Origin: Proteromonas lacertae | Taxonomy: Eukaryota | Reading direction: 5' to 3' | NCBI GenBank assembly: GCA_002245135.1 | Contig: NGBS01000319.1 | Coordinates: forward strand, 1-64,000 | DNA length: 64,000 bases | Part shown: positions 43,801 to 56,699 of the stretch, in pieces | Layout of the letters: every line of letters starts with the position of its first letter | How positions within the stretch are numbered: position 1 is the stretch's first letter | Notes under the pieces: generated by a model | Told to the model about the DNA's origin: nothing | What the model saw: only the letters and a program-made list of their open reading frames with translations | Database searches by the model: none | Translations under genes and position numbers: made by a program

Positions 43801-45608
43801 ATTATTTATTCCTTCACCTAAAAAAGTAATGCCAAGAATGGGAACTCCAGAATTACCTAAGAAAATAAAAACATGTAAAACTACTTTATCTATTCTATCA
43901 CCAACTGATTTAATTCCTGTTAGTTCTATTCCAGCAAAGACAATTCATATTAAAGAAGATCCTCCAAGAATCCTTGGTGATACAATTGTTTCTCCAGTAA
44001 ATAAACCAAAATTCGATAATAGGAAAGAAAATGACAAACAATCAGCACTTCATACAACTTTGTTATTACCTTCTGAAATGATTAATAAAGATGTAAATGA
44101 AGAAAAGAGAAAATCATTGAAACATTATCGAGATTCTTTTGTTCATCAATTTTTACCTTCCTTAAAGAACACTTTGAATAGAAAAGTAGTAAAATCTAAA
44201 GATGGTGTTGATAAAAAGATTGTGGACAATGAATTAACTCCTTTAGTTTCCCCTACTTCTGAAGATGAAAATGAATATGATTCTAATTTAGATTTCCTTC
44301 ACATTCCAGCCAATAATAATAACAAAAACAATAATACTAATAACAATAATAGTAATGAAAATAATGAAATCAAGTATTACAATATAACAAGGAATAAAAG
44401 TAGAAGTAGAAGCAGTAATAGCAACTACAGTAGTATCAGCAATAATAGTAGAAGCCGAATAGTTAAACCATATATTATTCCAAAGAGTAATATCTTTTAT
44501 TTGAATAATAATAAGACATTATGTGTGAAATGTCCACCAATTATGATAGATAAACAAATGAAAGTTTGTGCAAGTCAAATATTTGCATGTATGGAGTTTA
44601 TAGTATCTAATAATCAATCATTTGTTTATTTTCTTGGCGATATAATTGCATATAGTATAAACCCTGATCCTATCTATCATATAATGAAAACTGTAATATT
44701 ACCTCGAATTTTAAGATTTCATAATTGTAATGTTAATATATTTAATAGTGATAATAATTTTTTAGAATTATATAGTGGGTTAATAAAGAATAGTAATAAT
44801 CATTCAGTTAATCCATTAATGTTGATAAAGAAGTATGAAGAAGAAATGAATAAGACAGTGATAATGAATGAGATGATAAGTAATTGTATTTTAGTAGATT
44901 CAAGTATATAATATTATTATTATTATATTTATTATCTGTATAGAAGATCATTTAGATGAAGTTTACATCACCAAAAGTGTATTATGTTATATGTACAGTA
45001 TTATAAAAACTGGTGGAATAATGGTAGTTAATGGAGATAATAATGAATTGAGCTATTTATCTCAATTTGCATATAGTGGTATTCCAATAATTATATTTGA
45101 TGGAAGTGGTGGTATATGTGATATGATTGCACTATGTATTAAACATCATCGTTATCCAAAACCTTCATTATTTAATATAAGAAATTTAGTAACAGTTTGT
45201 GAAGGTTGTGATTTGTATATTTACAATATAAATGATCCAATTGAGATACTTGAAGATTTGATGGAAGATATTTTCTTCCATAAAACAAAAGTAGTCACTA
45301 CAAATGATGTTGATAATACGAATTCTAATGGATTGTATCATTCAAATGTAATAAAATTCCCATTTACTACCAATAATAAATTTAATGTCAAAGTAAAACC
45401 AGGAGGTGCAATTGGAGCTTCAATTTTAGACCATAATAAAATATCTCGAGCAAATCAAAATGGTTTTTACAATTGTCATAAATGTTTGAAGAATAGCAAA
45501 AGTATGATTGATATGCCAATATTACCTCCTATTTGTCCATTAAAGAAGGAAGGAGTAACACCTGTTCCGTCAATTCATTCAATTACTCTTTTTGGTAGAA
45601 CTTTTTAA
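37839..45608 (+). CDS. DUF4062-NACHT-WD40 STAND protein (TEP1/NWD1-like) with a C-terminal SLOG/LSDAT-like region (multi-exon, includes a U12-type intron)
   Basis: VFISSTFNDMHGERD, IDLRWG, Walker A GDPGSGKS, Walker B IFIIDGLNQ, many GH..WD repeats, tail VVNG..GIPIIIFDGSGG. Confidence 0.82.
38294..38352 (+). other. U12-type intron, AT-AA ends
   Basis: 5' ATATCCTTTT, branch-like TCTTAAT about 10 nt from the 3' end; removal gives DLRWGLTQED in frame with the ORF at 38406. Confidence 0.75.
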
Positions 45609-45686
45609 ATGATAGAATAATAGAATATTAGTATTTTTAATTAATAAATAATATAAATTCTTAAAATTAATTTATTAACTATGAGA

Positions 45687-45812
45687 AGCTTTGTTTTAAA
45701 GAAAGAATAAAGAATAAAACGACTATTTATTTTAAGATATCAAACAAGTTTGAAATTGTTTTTCTTAAAATCTCTTGTAGACGATATATTGTCCTCAATA
45801 TTACTATCTGAT
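45687..45812 (+). repeat. About 125 bp direct repeat, copy 1 (dead copy of the upstream region and exon 1 of the kinase-LRR gene)
   Basis: Near-identical to 47312-47436; ATG changed to TTG. Confidence 0.9.
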
Positions 45813-46048
45813 ACTCAATATATTATCAGAATAATTACATAAATACCCATATCTTAGTTAAATATGTCTAAAAGGTTTTATAATTCACTTAGCAGAATTG
45901 GATATATTATTCTCAAAATTATCAAAATCAAATATAGAATTTGATAATTGAAATTTTAAATTACATATATAGATGAGTTTATTTATTTATGTTATTTTAT
46001 TGATTTACATTAATAAATATATTGAAATCAGAATGAAAAATGAATTTC

Positions 46049-46783
46049 TTAATTCTTTATAGCAGAATCAAATAACCAACCTTCATCTACATCATATTCT
46101 AATACACTAAACTCATTTTCACCAATTTTACTATAAGCTAAAGGAGCTGATTTCCATTTCAAACCATTTGATACTAAATACTTATCCATACTATCAAATC
46201 TATTTAACATTTATTAATACATCATAAAATATACAATCTTCCTATATTCATTGCATAAGTAAACATCGATCTACATGGAATTCTTACTCTTATTACTTTC
46301 GCTTTAGGTAATTTTACTACTTTTAAACCGATTTCTTCTAATTTTTCTTTTTGTTCATATGCATCTTTTATTGCTATTCCTACACTCCATACTTGTTCAG
46401 ATGCTGGGGTTTTATCTGGTTCTGTATGATATACATCAATATATGCTTCATGTTTACGATTATCGCTTAAACCAGCTTTTCTCAAAAGAACATCAAGTTC
46501 ATTATATGCATAACACATCGATTCGAATGTTCCAGTTCGACTTATAAATCTATTAAACCATTATAATATCAATATTATACACATAATCCATTTCTTTCAT
46601 CTCAATAACATCCCCAACTGCTTCTGTTCATTTATTAAGGATTCAAATTTAACAATACATTGGTAAATGCAAAAAAGGATATGAAAAATAACTCAAATAC
46701 CATAAACTACTCACTCCAACAATTGAAATCACTGCACATACAACAGTTATGATTGGTAAGAAGTAAATAATAATCATCAACAT
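46049..46783 (-). CDS. TEX264-like / GyrI-like domain membrane-anchored protein (4 exons, first intron U12-type)
   Basis: N-terminal TM, then IDVYHTEPDKTP..VWSVG, GLKVVKLP, MDKYL resembling TEX264; frame verified across all three introns. Confidence 0.65.
46626..46682 (-). other. U12-type intron, canonical AT-AC ends
   Basis: 5' ATATCCTTTTT, branch TCCTTAAT, 3' GAAC; removal gives YFSEAVGDV in frame. Confidence 0.88.
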
Positions 46784-47311
46784 CTTCAATGATTGATTTG
46801 AATAATGAAAAGTAATGCAAATTGGCGCGATTTAGCTCCAAAACTAGCCAATAAAAATTGAATAATAATAATGATAAAGGCGCCATTTCCCTCCATCAAA
46901 AATTGTTTGTAATGCTAAATGATAATAGATTTATTACATAATCAACATAAGTCTATCCTAAACATTTATATAATTTCGTCCATTACCTGATATATATGGA
47001 ACACCTTATACTGCTAATAATGTATCTGAAATTGATTATGGTTGGGAGAAAATATATTCATCTGTTAAGACTATGACTTTGCCAAGTGATGCACTTAAAG
47101 TGAGATGTCTAACTGCTGGAAATTCACAGAATAGTAATTCATCACAATTATTTCCATTCAATATATATAAACCAAAAAATACTACTTTTTCTTTTTTTCT
47201 TAGCAATTTTGTATATTCATTCTTTGGCTCCTTATTATTTTCACAATTTTATATCTGTTTGTTTGTTTTTTTGTTTTTTATAATATATACACTCTCAATT
47301 CCATGTTAAAG

Positions 47312-47436
47312 AGCTTTGTTTTAAAGAAAGAAAAAAAATAAAACGACTATTTATTTTGAGATATCAAACAAGTTTGAAAATGTTTTTCTTAAAATCTCTT
47401 GTAGACGATATATTGTCCTTTATTTTACCATCTAAT
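47312..47436 (+). repeat. About 125 bp direct repeat, copy 2 (contains the live ATG at 47380)
   Basis: Near-identical to 45687-45812. Confidence 0.9.
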
Positions 47437-50400
47437 GCAGAAGTATTTCTAACGGTATATGTTTATAGATAAAAGTAAGGGTAAGAAAGAGTGTTGGTGA
47501 GGAGTATATGAAATTACTGCACGATGATGTTATTAAAGTAATGAAAATTATAAATGTCAGTGATATGAAAGAAAATGAAATATTGAAATTCCTAGAAAAT
47601 AGCTCCTTGTTGTTAAATTATAGTATATCATTTATCTATCCTTTTAAAATACTTTATGTGGATGATGAAAATGATTTTATTATAATATCAAGAGATTATT
47701 ACTTATTGGATTTGGATGACTTAATTCACAGTAAATCTATGTTAAGTTGTGAAATATGTGACATAATGAGTGATCTATGCGATATGTTTATGATATTAGG
47801 TGAATGTGATGTAGTTATAAATAATTTGAAGAGTAGTAACATAATATATATGGAAAATGACAAACTAAAGCTGTGTGATTTATTCTTGAATTTATTAAGA
47901 AAAGAAGAAGATGTGAGATTGTATGATATTTGCTTCAAAAGCTCTGAAGAGTTGAGTGGATTAGAATGTGATGAGAAAAGTGTGATTTGGTCAATTGGTT
48001 GTATATTATATGAAATGATAAATAAGAAATTACCTTTTAAAGAAGATAATAACATAAATATTACAAAAGAGAATATAATGAGATGTAAATACAGTATTGA
48101 CATAAAATGTGATGATTCAATGAAAGAAATGATAGATAGAATGTTAAAAGTAAAGAGTGATGATAGATTGAGTTTAAAAGATTTGAAAAAAGAAATGATA
48201 AAAATGAGTGAATTATTGAGAGATAAAGAAGGTAATTTAATGATAATAAAGGAAAGAAAAAGAATATTATATAATAATGATAAAATTATACCTAAATTTC
48301 CAATAAAATATCCACTGATGTATTATCTTCACAGTAAGGAATGGAAAAGTATAATATAATAATTATTATTATTATGTTATTTGAATAGAAATGAGAGATA
48401 AATTGATAGAATCTTACAATAGCAAAGCAAGTGAAAGAGTACTGACAATATTAGTTATGATGAAATTGTGCAAAGGAGATAAATCAATAAAAGATAAACT
48501 GAAATTTCAATATCATCATCATTGCAAAGGTGATAGAGAATGTTATTTAGATGAAATGATATTCAATCATATCGATTATGATACTATGAAAAGAATCAAA
48601 ATTGCTTCGAAATGTATATGTTTATGTGAAGAAGGGATTGACTATTGCTTTAGAATTTTGAAAAGAATCAATCCAACAAAACTCCAATTTTGTATTATCC
48701 TTATCATATATTTATTTATGTAGTTGATTGCAGGAGTAGAGTATATATTGCAATACATCATCAATCGCTATTTGGCTCACATCTTTCTAAATTGACAAAT
48801 CTTCAAGAATTAGAATTATGGAATTGTCATCTTACAACACATATAATTGAATCATTTGTTCAATCAGCTCAACTAAAGAAGTTGAAATATTTAAACCTTC
48901 ATTGTATTTATATTCAATTTTTATTTTATTTTATTTTGAAATAGTCAATCCGATCGGTCCAACAGGTTTGATGTTATTACTTCCATATTTGCATATACTA
49001 ATCAACAACAACAATGTATTGGATCTTAATGGAATGAATTTAAATGATGAATCAGTAATACTATTATCAAAAGAGTTATATAAATATCCAAATATTAACA
49101 GAATAAATATTTATGGAAATAAAAATATCCATTCATTTGGATTAAAATCCTTATTCTCCAAATTTCCTATTTCAAAAATATGGTTTGATATTAGAGGTAG
49201 TAAAGAATTGTTGATAGATAAAGATATACCAGAATTATTGAAATATATCAAGTATCTGGATCTGAGTTATTCTGAAATTGATGATGAGTTTTTCAAATCA
49301 TTTATTTCATTAAGATTAACTGAATTAAAAGAAATAGAGATCTTATACTTGAGTAGTATATTTTTACTTTTTTCTATTGTTGCAGATAATAAACTAACAC
49401 ATAAAAGTATAGAAATATTAATTGACAATTTATCTTCGTTTTTAACATTAGAGAAACTACATTTAAATGGAAATGAAGTAGGAGATGAAGGAATGAGAAT
49501 ACTATCTCCTTACATGCTTTTATTTATAGATTGTCACAAAAATATCAAATTTAGAAGTATAATTAATTCTTTTGTAATGTAATAGAAATGGGATTATCTT
49601 CAGTAGGAGTGAAATATTTAATAGATGGTTTAAAGAATATTGGTGATAAGATTAAGATCAAAGAACTTGATATAAGTGACAATAAAGTAGATTCAAATGG
49701 AGTAAAATACATGATGAAATATGTGAAAGAGAATGATAATCTTGAAAAATTCTTTATTGATAGTAATCCAATTGGTAATGAAGCATTTAATTTGTTATTA
49801 GATGATTTGAACATATTAATATGTTATGCTGATGATGTTTGTGTTCTTCATTTACCAACACATAAGCTGAATTTAAGTAATATCTCAATAGATGATGAGA
49901 GTGTTATGATGTTAAAAGATAAAATTGATTCAATTCAACAATGTTTTGCAATAGATCTAAATGGAAATAACATTAGCTATCATGTATTAAAACTAATCTG
50001 TGATAAGTCATTAGAAAAAGAAGAATATCCATTTATAGAAATGAAATATTTAGCATGGACAAATGAAGAATTGGAGGATTATTTGAATTATTGTATTAAA
50101 AAGAAAAGACTAGATAAAAATGATAGAAAATATGACTTTTCTAATTTAAATCTAAATGATTCTCACATTTCCTTGATTAAACAGATTGATTATCAACAAA
50201 TTGATTTATCCAATAATGGAATTACTGCTAAAGGATTAAAAGAATTAACAGATTATTTACCAAAAAATACACAATACATTGAAATCCACAATAATCCAAT
50301 TGGAGATGAAGGAGTTGAAATAATATGTAAATATTTAAACAAATTTGTTTATTCATCATTAAATCTTTTAAGTATGTTATGAATTATATAATCTAAATAG

Positions 50401-50675
50401 ATATTGGAATGAGTGAAAAAGGATTAAAGATATTAATTGAAAGATTGAATGATTATATGCCATTGAAAGTGATAGATTTATCAGGAAATGAATTATGTGG
50501 AATAGAATTGAGATTAATGAAAGAAAGCAAAGAAGTATTTGATTGTTTAGATGAATTATCAATAACTGTAAAAGAAGATATAGATAAATCAGAATTAAAA
50601 TCATTTTTAGAAACATTTTCATCGATGGGAAGAATAAAGTTGGATGTATCAAAAGAATTCAAGGATGTTAAATAG
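47380..50675 (+). CDS. Pseudokinase-LRR protein (multi-exon)
   Basis: Exon 1 MFFLKSLVDD.. splices in frame to the ORF at 47508; INNLKSSN, LCDLF, IWSIGCILYEM; many NxIG LRRs. Confidence 0.82.
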
Positions 50676-50801
50676 TTTAATATTGATAATAATCCGTCTT
50701 TGATTATCTTTTTGTTTATTTTGATACATTAGATACTAGAATGTTTAAAGTATAATTTTCCTCATTTTATTCAAAAAAATAGAAGAATAATTAATATATA
50801 A

Positions 50802-51600
50802 TTAACAATAATGATAATTAATTGGTTTGTAGTTTATACTTGACCAAAATACATCTTCATTTTCATCATTATTCATTCTATCATCATATTGATATGTCCA
50901 ATATCCTTCATACTTCAAATAAGGAATATTTAAATTTACTATCACACTTGGACTTGTCTGAGCATTATCACAACAATCATTTATAAAACTATTCAATTCT
51001 TTGTTTAGATCGATTCTATATATAACTTCATCATTATACATCAATATTAAACTTATTACATTTATTATATAGATAGATTCATTCTTTAATGTAAATTCAA
51101 AATTATAGGTGTAAGGTAATTTCGTATAAATTACATAACTACATAAGTATACTATACTTTCCTCTTTTTCTACATTCTTTTTGTCTTTCTTATAACACTT
51201 TTCATCGTATTCTCTATTACAACATATTCATCATATATTTATACTTTAGAAATTTCACTGTATCTATATTCTCTTTGTGTTTTTCTAAATAGGAGTGTTT
51301 CTTTAATAGTTTGATAAAATCTTTCACTAAAACTGTCAACAATCTCATTTTCTCATTTTTTTCACTAAATGAAGATAAAGCTCTTTCAAATGAATCTTCA
51401 CTCAATGATAATACGAATATCAACTGGATTAACTACTCATAAATAATACATTTAGCTTATACTGGTGGTAAGTAAGACTCTAATAGCTCAAATGGGTACT
51501 ATTCATATATACAAATGATAATATACCTTAGCAAAGTAGTATAAATGGATTAATGTCTTTGCAAACTCATAATCTACACTTAAAACACTTTCATCTAGTT
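50802..51600 (-). CDS. Hypothetical protein (multi-exon, 5' end uncertain)
   Basis: Short ORFs linked by GT-AG micro-introns; no family recognised. Confidence 0.4.
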
Positions 51601-51967
51601 TCAGATAAATATATATTTAAGTACTTCCACATAACATATTATTATTCAATGCCCTCTGTAAATAGTGGTTGCTACTATCAAAATTGTCTAATTCACTCAC
51701 TTCGTTTAAATATCGTAGTTTCAATATATATTCATTCACTCTCTTTCCAACTAATCAATAAAAAAAAAACTTTATATACTCGATATCATTGTATTTATGA
51801 ATATAAATCACTTTTTAAAGAAATGGGGTGTGAAAATTATATTCAAAGACCATATTCTTTAAAGTTGAAATAAAAACTCTTACAACATCATTTTATATGA
51901 AATTTAACCATCAACATAATTTCAAACAATAAAATATAGAGATTTTCTTTCAAAATTAATTAGAATT

Positions 51968-54435
51968 TTATGCATTTTCTTTATCAGCTTTTTCTTTCAA
52001 ATCTTTCTTTTCTTTCTTTTCAGCTATCTTTTTCACTTTATCAGCATTGTCTTTCTTTACTTTCACTTCTTCAGCTTCTTCTTCCTCTTCTTCTTCTTCT
52101 TTTAATTTATCAATTGCTTCATCTAATTCTTCGATTGTGATTTTACCATCTTGATTTGGTTGAATTTTATCCATTACACATTCTACATCATCATCAGTTA
52201 TATTACGATTTAAGGCGATTCTTAAAGCTTCTTTGATTTCATATCTTTCAGCTACACCATCTTTATTTTGATCTACTATTGGTTTTACTATTTTATCACT
52301 TTCTTCGATATCTTTTTCGATTTTATCAATTATTTTATTCACATGTTTATGTAATAATTTCGCATGTCGATAGGCGATTAATTCGGATAAAGTATTATCA
52401 ACTTTCTTTATTGGTAGAGTTTCATTTTGTTTCTCTTTCATATCGTCTAATTCTTCTCTTTCTAATGATACTGATGATGGTTTACTCAAAGCTAATACTT
52501 TCTCTAATGTGTCAGAATCAGCGATCTATTCATAAAATAATAATATATAAATATATTCATACAACTTCTGGAGCACTTTCTGGAGTTTTTAATACTCCTC
52601 CACCTACTTCTTTAAATAATTCTGTTTGTTCTCTTTCATTATCAATAAGTTCATTTTGTCTTCTTTTATCCTTTAACACATCTTCGATTGAAGGAGATGA
52701 AGATTCTTCTGCTACTACTTGGCTTACGACTGTATCAGTCATCTCACTAACAGCAGATAATAGATTCTTATTTATATTCTCAGGTTTAGCTGTGATTTGG
52801 AATGATCGAGATAAGATCAATAAAGACACTGGAATATTTCGAGTTATTGATAAATCTAACCATTGTTCCATTAGTTTTCGTAAACTTGTCTCTTCTAATC
52901 CTTCCCATTTCATTCCTCGCTCTTCACATGCTTCTTGCAATTCTTCCAATTCTAATTTATCTAATCCTTCATACATTATATCTTTATCATCAGCTTTGAT
53001 TGCTTTTATCTTATTTCGTAATTGGATTCGCAAAATACTATCAGGTCCATAGATGTTTGCACCCATATATCGGCATAATGCTACTAATTGAGATCGAGGC
53101 ATATTATCTAATGTTAAATCATCTTTGAATAGTTGAGATATTTCGATTATTTCATTCTCATCTACTAATTCACCATTTCGAGCTTTATTAATCATTGTTA
53201 ATAATTCTTCTGCTGTTGGTTTCTTCTTTATATCACTTTCCATCACATTCTTTGCCATATGTTCCATTGTATCTTGTAAGATTTGAGCGACTTTCATTCG
53301 AGTCTGTAATATCGTTTGTTCTCGATTTAATTTTTGATTTTGAGTTCGGAAACTTGTAGGTAACATGTTAGGGAAAAACATCAAAAAGAATGGTAAAGTG
53401 AATTCTAAAAATGGAACTACTATAAATAAACTAAAAGGAACCATTCGAAAAGCATCAGCATAAGCTTGAGCTAATCTCTTAGATTCTCTTCTGGTTAATT
53501 CATATCCTTTTATCTTTCGAATTGCTAATTTTGTACCCATTTTCATATCATTACCAAATACTTTACAGTTTAACCATAAATGCTGTAATCCCACTTTCAC
53601 TGGTCGGAATAACGTACATAACTCTAACCAACCGTCATGTGGACTTTTGAAACATAACATTAATATATCACCAAATTTCTTTATAAAATCTAAGGCTTTT
53701 TCTACTATTTTGTTTTTCTTTGAATTTTCTTTGGATTTCTTTGTTACTACTGTTGTTGATTCTGTTGTTTTAATCTCTACTGGTTTTACTTTGATTGATG
53801 TGTCTATTTTTACATCATTACTAGACAATGATGGTTTTGACACTGATTCAGTGGATTTTGGAGTGTTTGTGATTATTTCTTCTGCTTTCTTTACTGGTTC
53901 TTGAGTTTCTACTTTTGCTTCTACTGGTGCTTCCTTCTGTTTCTTTGATTTTGATTCTTTTGGCTTTTTTGTTTCTTTCTTCTTGGATTCTGTCTTATTT
54001 GGAGTATTTTCAGATGTATTAACGGCAGCTTTCTTTTTTCCTGATCTTTTAGCTTTTTTGCCTTTTCCAGCTGACTATATAAATAGAATAATAACAATTA
54101 TAAATATACCCCTCCTGCTGCAGCTTTATATAAGGGGGTTGTTGTTGACTATTCGAATCAATAATTAATAAAATGTAAAATACAATAAAACGTTGATTTT
54201 CTAACGATAAAACAAATGGAGTTGTTGATCTGAAAAATGGTGAGTCATTTCCATTTACATTACTCTATTAGCATAAAATCCAGTTAAAATACGTGAATAA
54301 GTCTTACAGATAACTCTTTGACAAATACTATAAATTATTAGAGCAATAAGGTATACTTGGCGAAGTCTTGGATAACAATAGGTCTGCACTTCTAGCTAGT
54401 GTATGTTTTATTGCAAATCTAGAGGATGATAACAT
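51968..54435 (-). CDS. LETM1: LETM1/MDM38 mitochondrial inner-membrane protein with EF-hand-like tail
   Basis: MTS-like N-terminus; LTRRE, DAFRMVPFSLFIVVPFLEFTLP, FPNMLPTSF, DDLTLDNMPRSQL, ACEERGM, QWLDLS. Confidence 0.95.
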
Positions 54436-54505
54436 TTTCTCAAAATTCAAATTTTTAATTCTATTTTGAATAATTCAATTCTATATTGAAAATAATCAAT
54501 TTCAC

Positions 54506-56679
54506 ATGAAAATAAGTGAAGATTACGGTGGTAACGGGTATATATTGAATTATAATTTATTATAGAATAATATTGCAATTAGTAGAAGCAGGATATGGAG
54601 ATATCAGCTTTAATATTAATGAGACAGTTATTCAAAGTGTCAAATCCATTTTATCAATGAGAAATCCTATTTTTAAACAATTAATACAGGATTCAAAAGA
54701 CGAAAAAGTAATCACACTGAATTTATCAGTTACTTCAGATGTATTTATAGAAATAGAAAAATATTATGGTGGAGGTAAAATAATAGTGGATGAACATAAT
54801 ATAATGGATATAATAAAATTCTGTTACTTTTATGAGGAACATAACCTATTCCAAAGATGTAAACACTATATTGTTAGTCATATGACCTATGAATTAATGT
54901 TGGAAGTTTTAAAATTTATATCACTTATCCAAACAAAAGAATTTGGAAATGTTAAAACTGATTTTGATCATTACTACCAGCTACATAGTTATATGTATTT
55001 TAATAATAATATATACCTCAATTTTGATGTAGAAAGCCTTGAATACATATTATCACTTCAGCATATAATAATAAAAAGTGAAAATTATTTATTGGATAAA
55101 GTAGTAGAATATTATGATAAAAAAGATGAGAATAAATCCGAAAATCAAATATTATTTCGATATATCAATTTACAAGCATTAGATATGAACCAATTAAAAC
55201 CAAAAATAATGAAATTATTACTAGCTTCAATACCGAATGATGATGAAAATAATAATAATAATAATACAATAAATATTATTGAAAGATATTATTTTCAACC
55301 TCCTGAAACTATTGATAATAACTTAAGAGAGATATTGTTGCAGAATTATATTAAAGATTATCCTATATTATATATTGATTGTGATAAACTACATTATTAT
55401 GAATATAAAGAAGAGATAATAGAATTACTAAGAAATACAAATGATATGAAGATGAAGATTATTTTAGTATTGATAATAATGGAGTTAAAATATGAATTAG
55501 AGGATAATATTCAATTGAAAATACGTTCAGATCTGTTATTAGAATATAATAAATGTGATAATGAAAATGAAAAAGATACAATAGTGAAATGTTTAACTTA
55601 TTTTATAAATGACTGTATATATAATTTATATCTATTTTTATTATTAGTTGAAATTGTTAAAAGTATATCAAATGTAAATGGTAATGAAATAATATATAAA
55701 TTAATGAATAATAAAGACAATATAGATAGTGAATTATACAATGAAATATTAGAATATTGTAAATCACAAGTTGAAACTGAAGAAGACTATCAAAATATAA
55801 TAAAATATGTAAAAATAGATGAAGTGAGAAGAAATATAGTTACTCAACAATTGACAGTGTTTAATTACAATCAAAATGAATGTAGTTACTTTATAAATGA
55901 TAATATTGAGTTAATTCCTGAATGTGATGGTTTATTCTGTCATTTTACTATTACTCCTGAATTACCAGATGGATTATCTATTGATTATAATACTGGTGTA
56001 ATTAGTGGAAAAGGTAAAGTTGGAATACAACCAAGTACATTCTTAATACAATGTACAAATAGTGTTCAATGTTTGTTCTATTCATTACAGTTAGAAATAA
56101 TTGATTGTCGTTTTATAAAGAGTAATAAAAGTAATGATATTTTAATCAAAAATAATTCTCATATTATTACAAAATTCAAATCTGAGTCAGCATTTTCTTA
56201 CTGTTTTCTGAATATTAAACTCACTGAATCATTCAAATATGAAATCACTTATAAAAGTCTTACTTGTGGATGTATTATGTTTGGTATAACAAAATCAAAC
56301 AATTTGAAAGATTCAGAATTATATAGAGATGACTATAATTCCTATACAATTAGGTTTGGCTTGAATTCTGGTAGATTATTAGGAATAGGAATGAATAATA
56401 ACAATAGTATATGTATAGATGATGGAGGAACACTGATTCAAAATGATAAACCAACTGAAGAGTTAAACATTTTTAACAGATTTTAAAAATTTCAATGGAG
56501 CTATCTATAAGATTATATATGATATGAAGAACAAAGTGATTGGAGTTGAATACAATAATAATAAAAGGAATACAACAATGTTTGAAAATGTTGAATCTGA
56601 AAATGAGATATATACACCTTTCGTTGTATTGACTAGTGTTAATGATAGTGTTGAATTATTATCAATTAATAAAGAATAG
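54506..56679 (+). CDS. BTB-BACK plus putative Ig (He_PIG-like) plus SPRY-like protein; apparent frameshift about 56470
   Basis: DISFNIN..KSILSMRNPIFK (BTB); ITPELPDGLSIDYNTGVISG (Ig); IMFGITK and, in the next frame, YTPFVVL..NDSVEL (SPRY). Confidence 0.7.
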
Positions 56680-56699
56680 ATATTGACATTTATTTTTTG

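Noticed and set aside
52279..53052. 257 aa plus-strand ORF and similar shadow ORFs
   Set aside because: Antisense to LETM1 or other real genes, with low-complexity composition.
53502..53512. Other ATATCCTT matches (53502, 50901; reverse at 24275, 39533, 58093; GTATCCTT at about 63470)
   Set aside because: They are antisense to GGA-TAT codons or lie inside uninterrupted coding frames, so no intron is needed.
56460..56490. Programmed frameshifting (also at about 28410)
   Set aside because: Single-base shifts in homopolymer runs are better explained by sequencing error; I saw no stimulatory structure.
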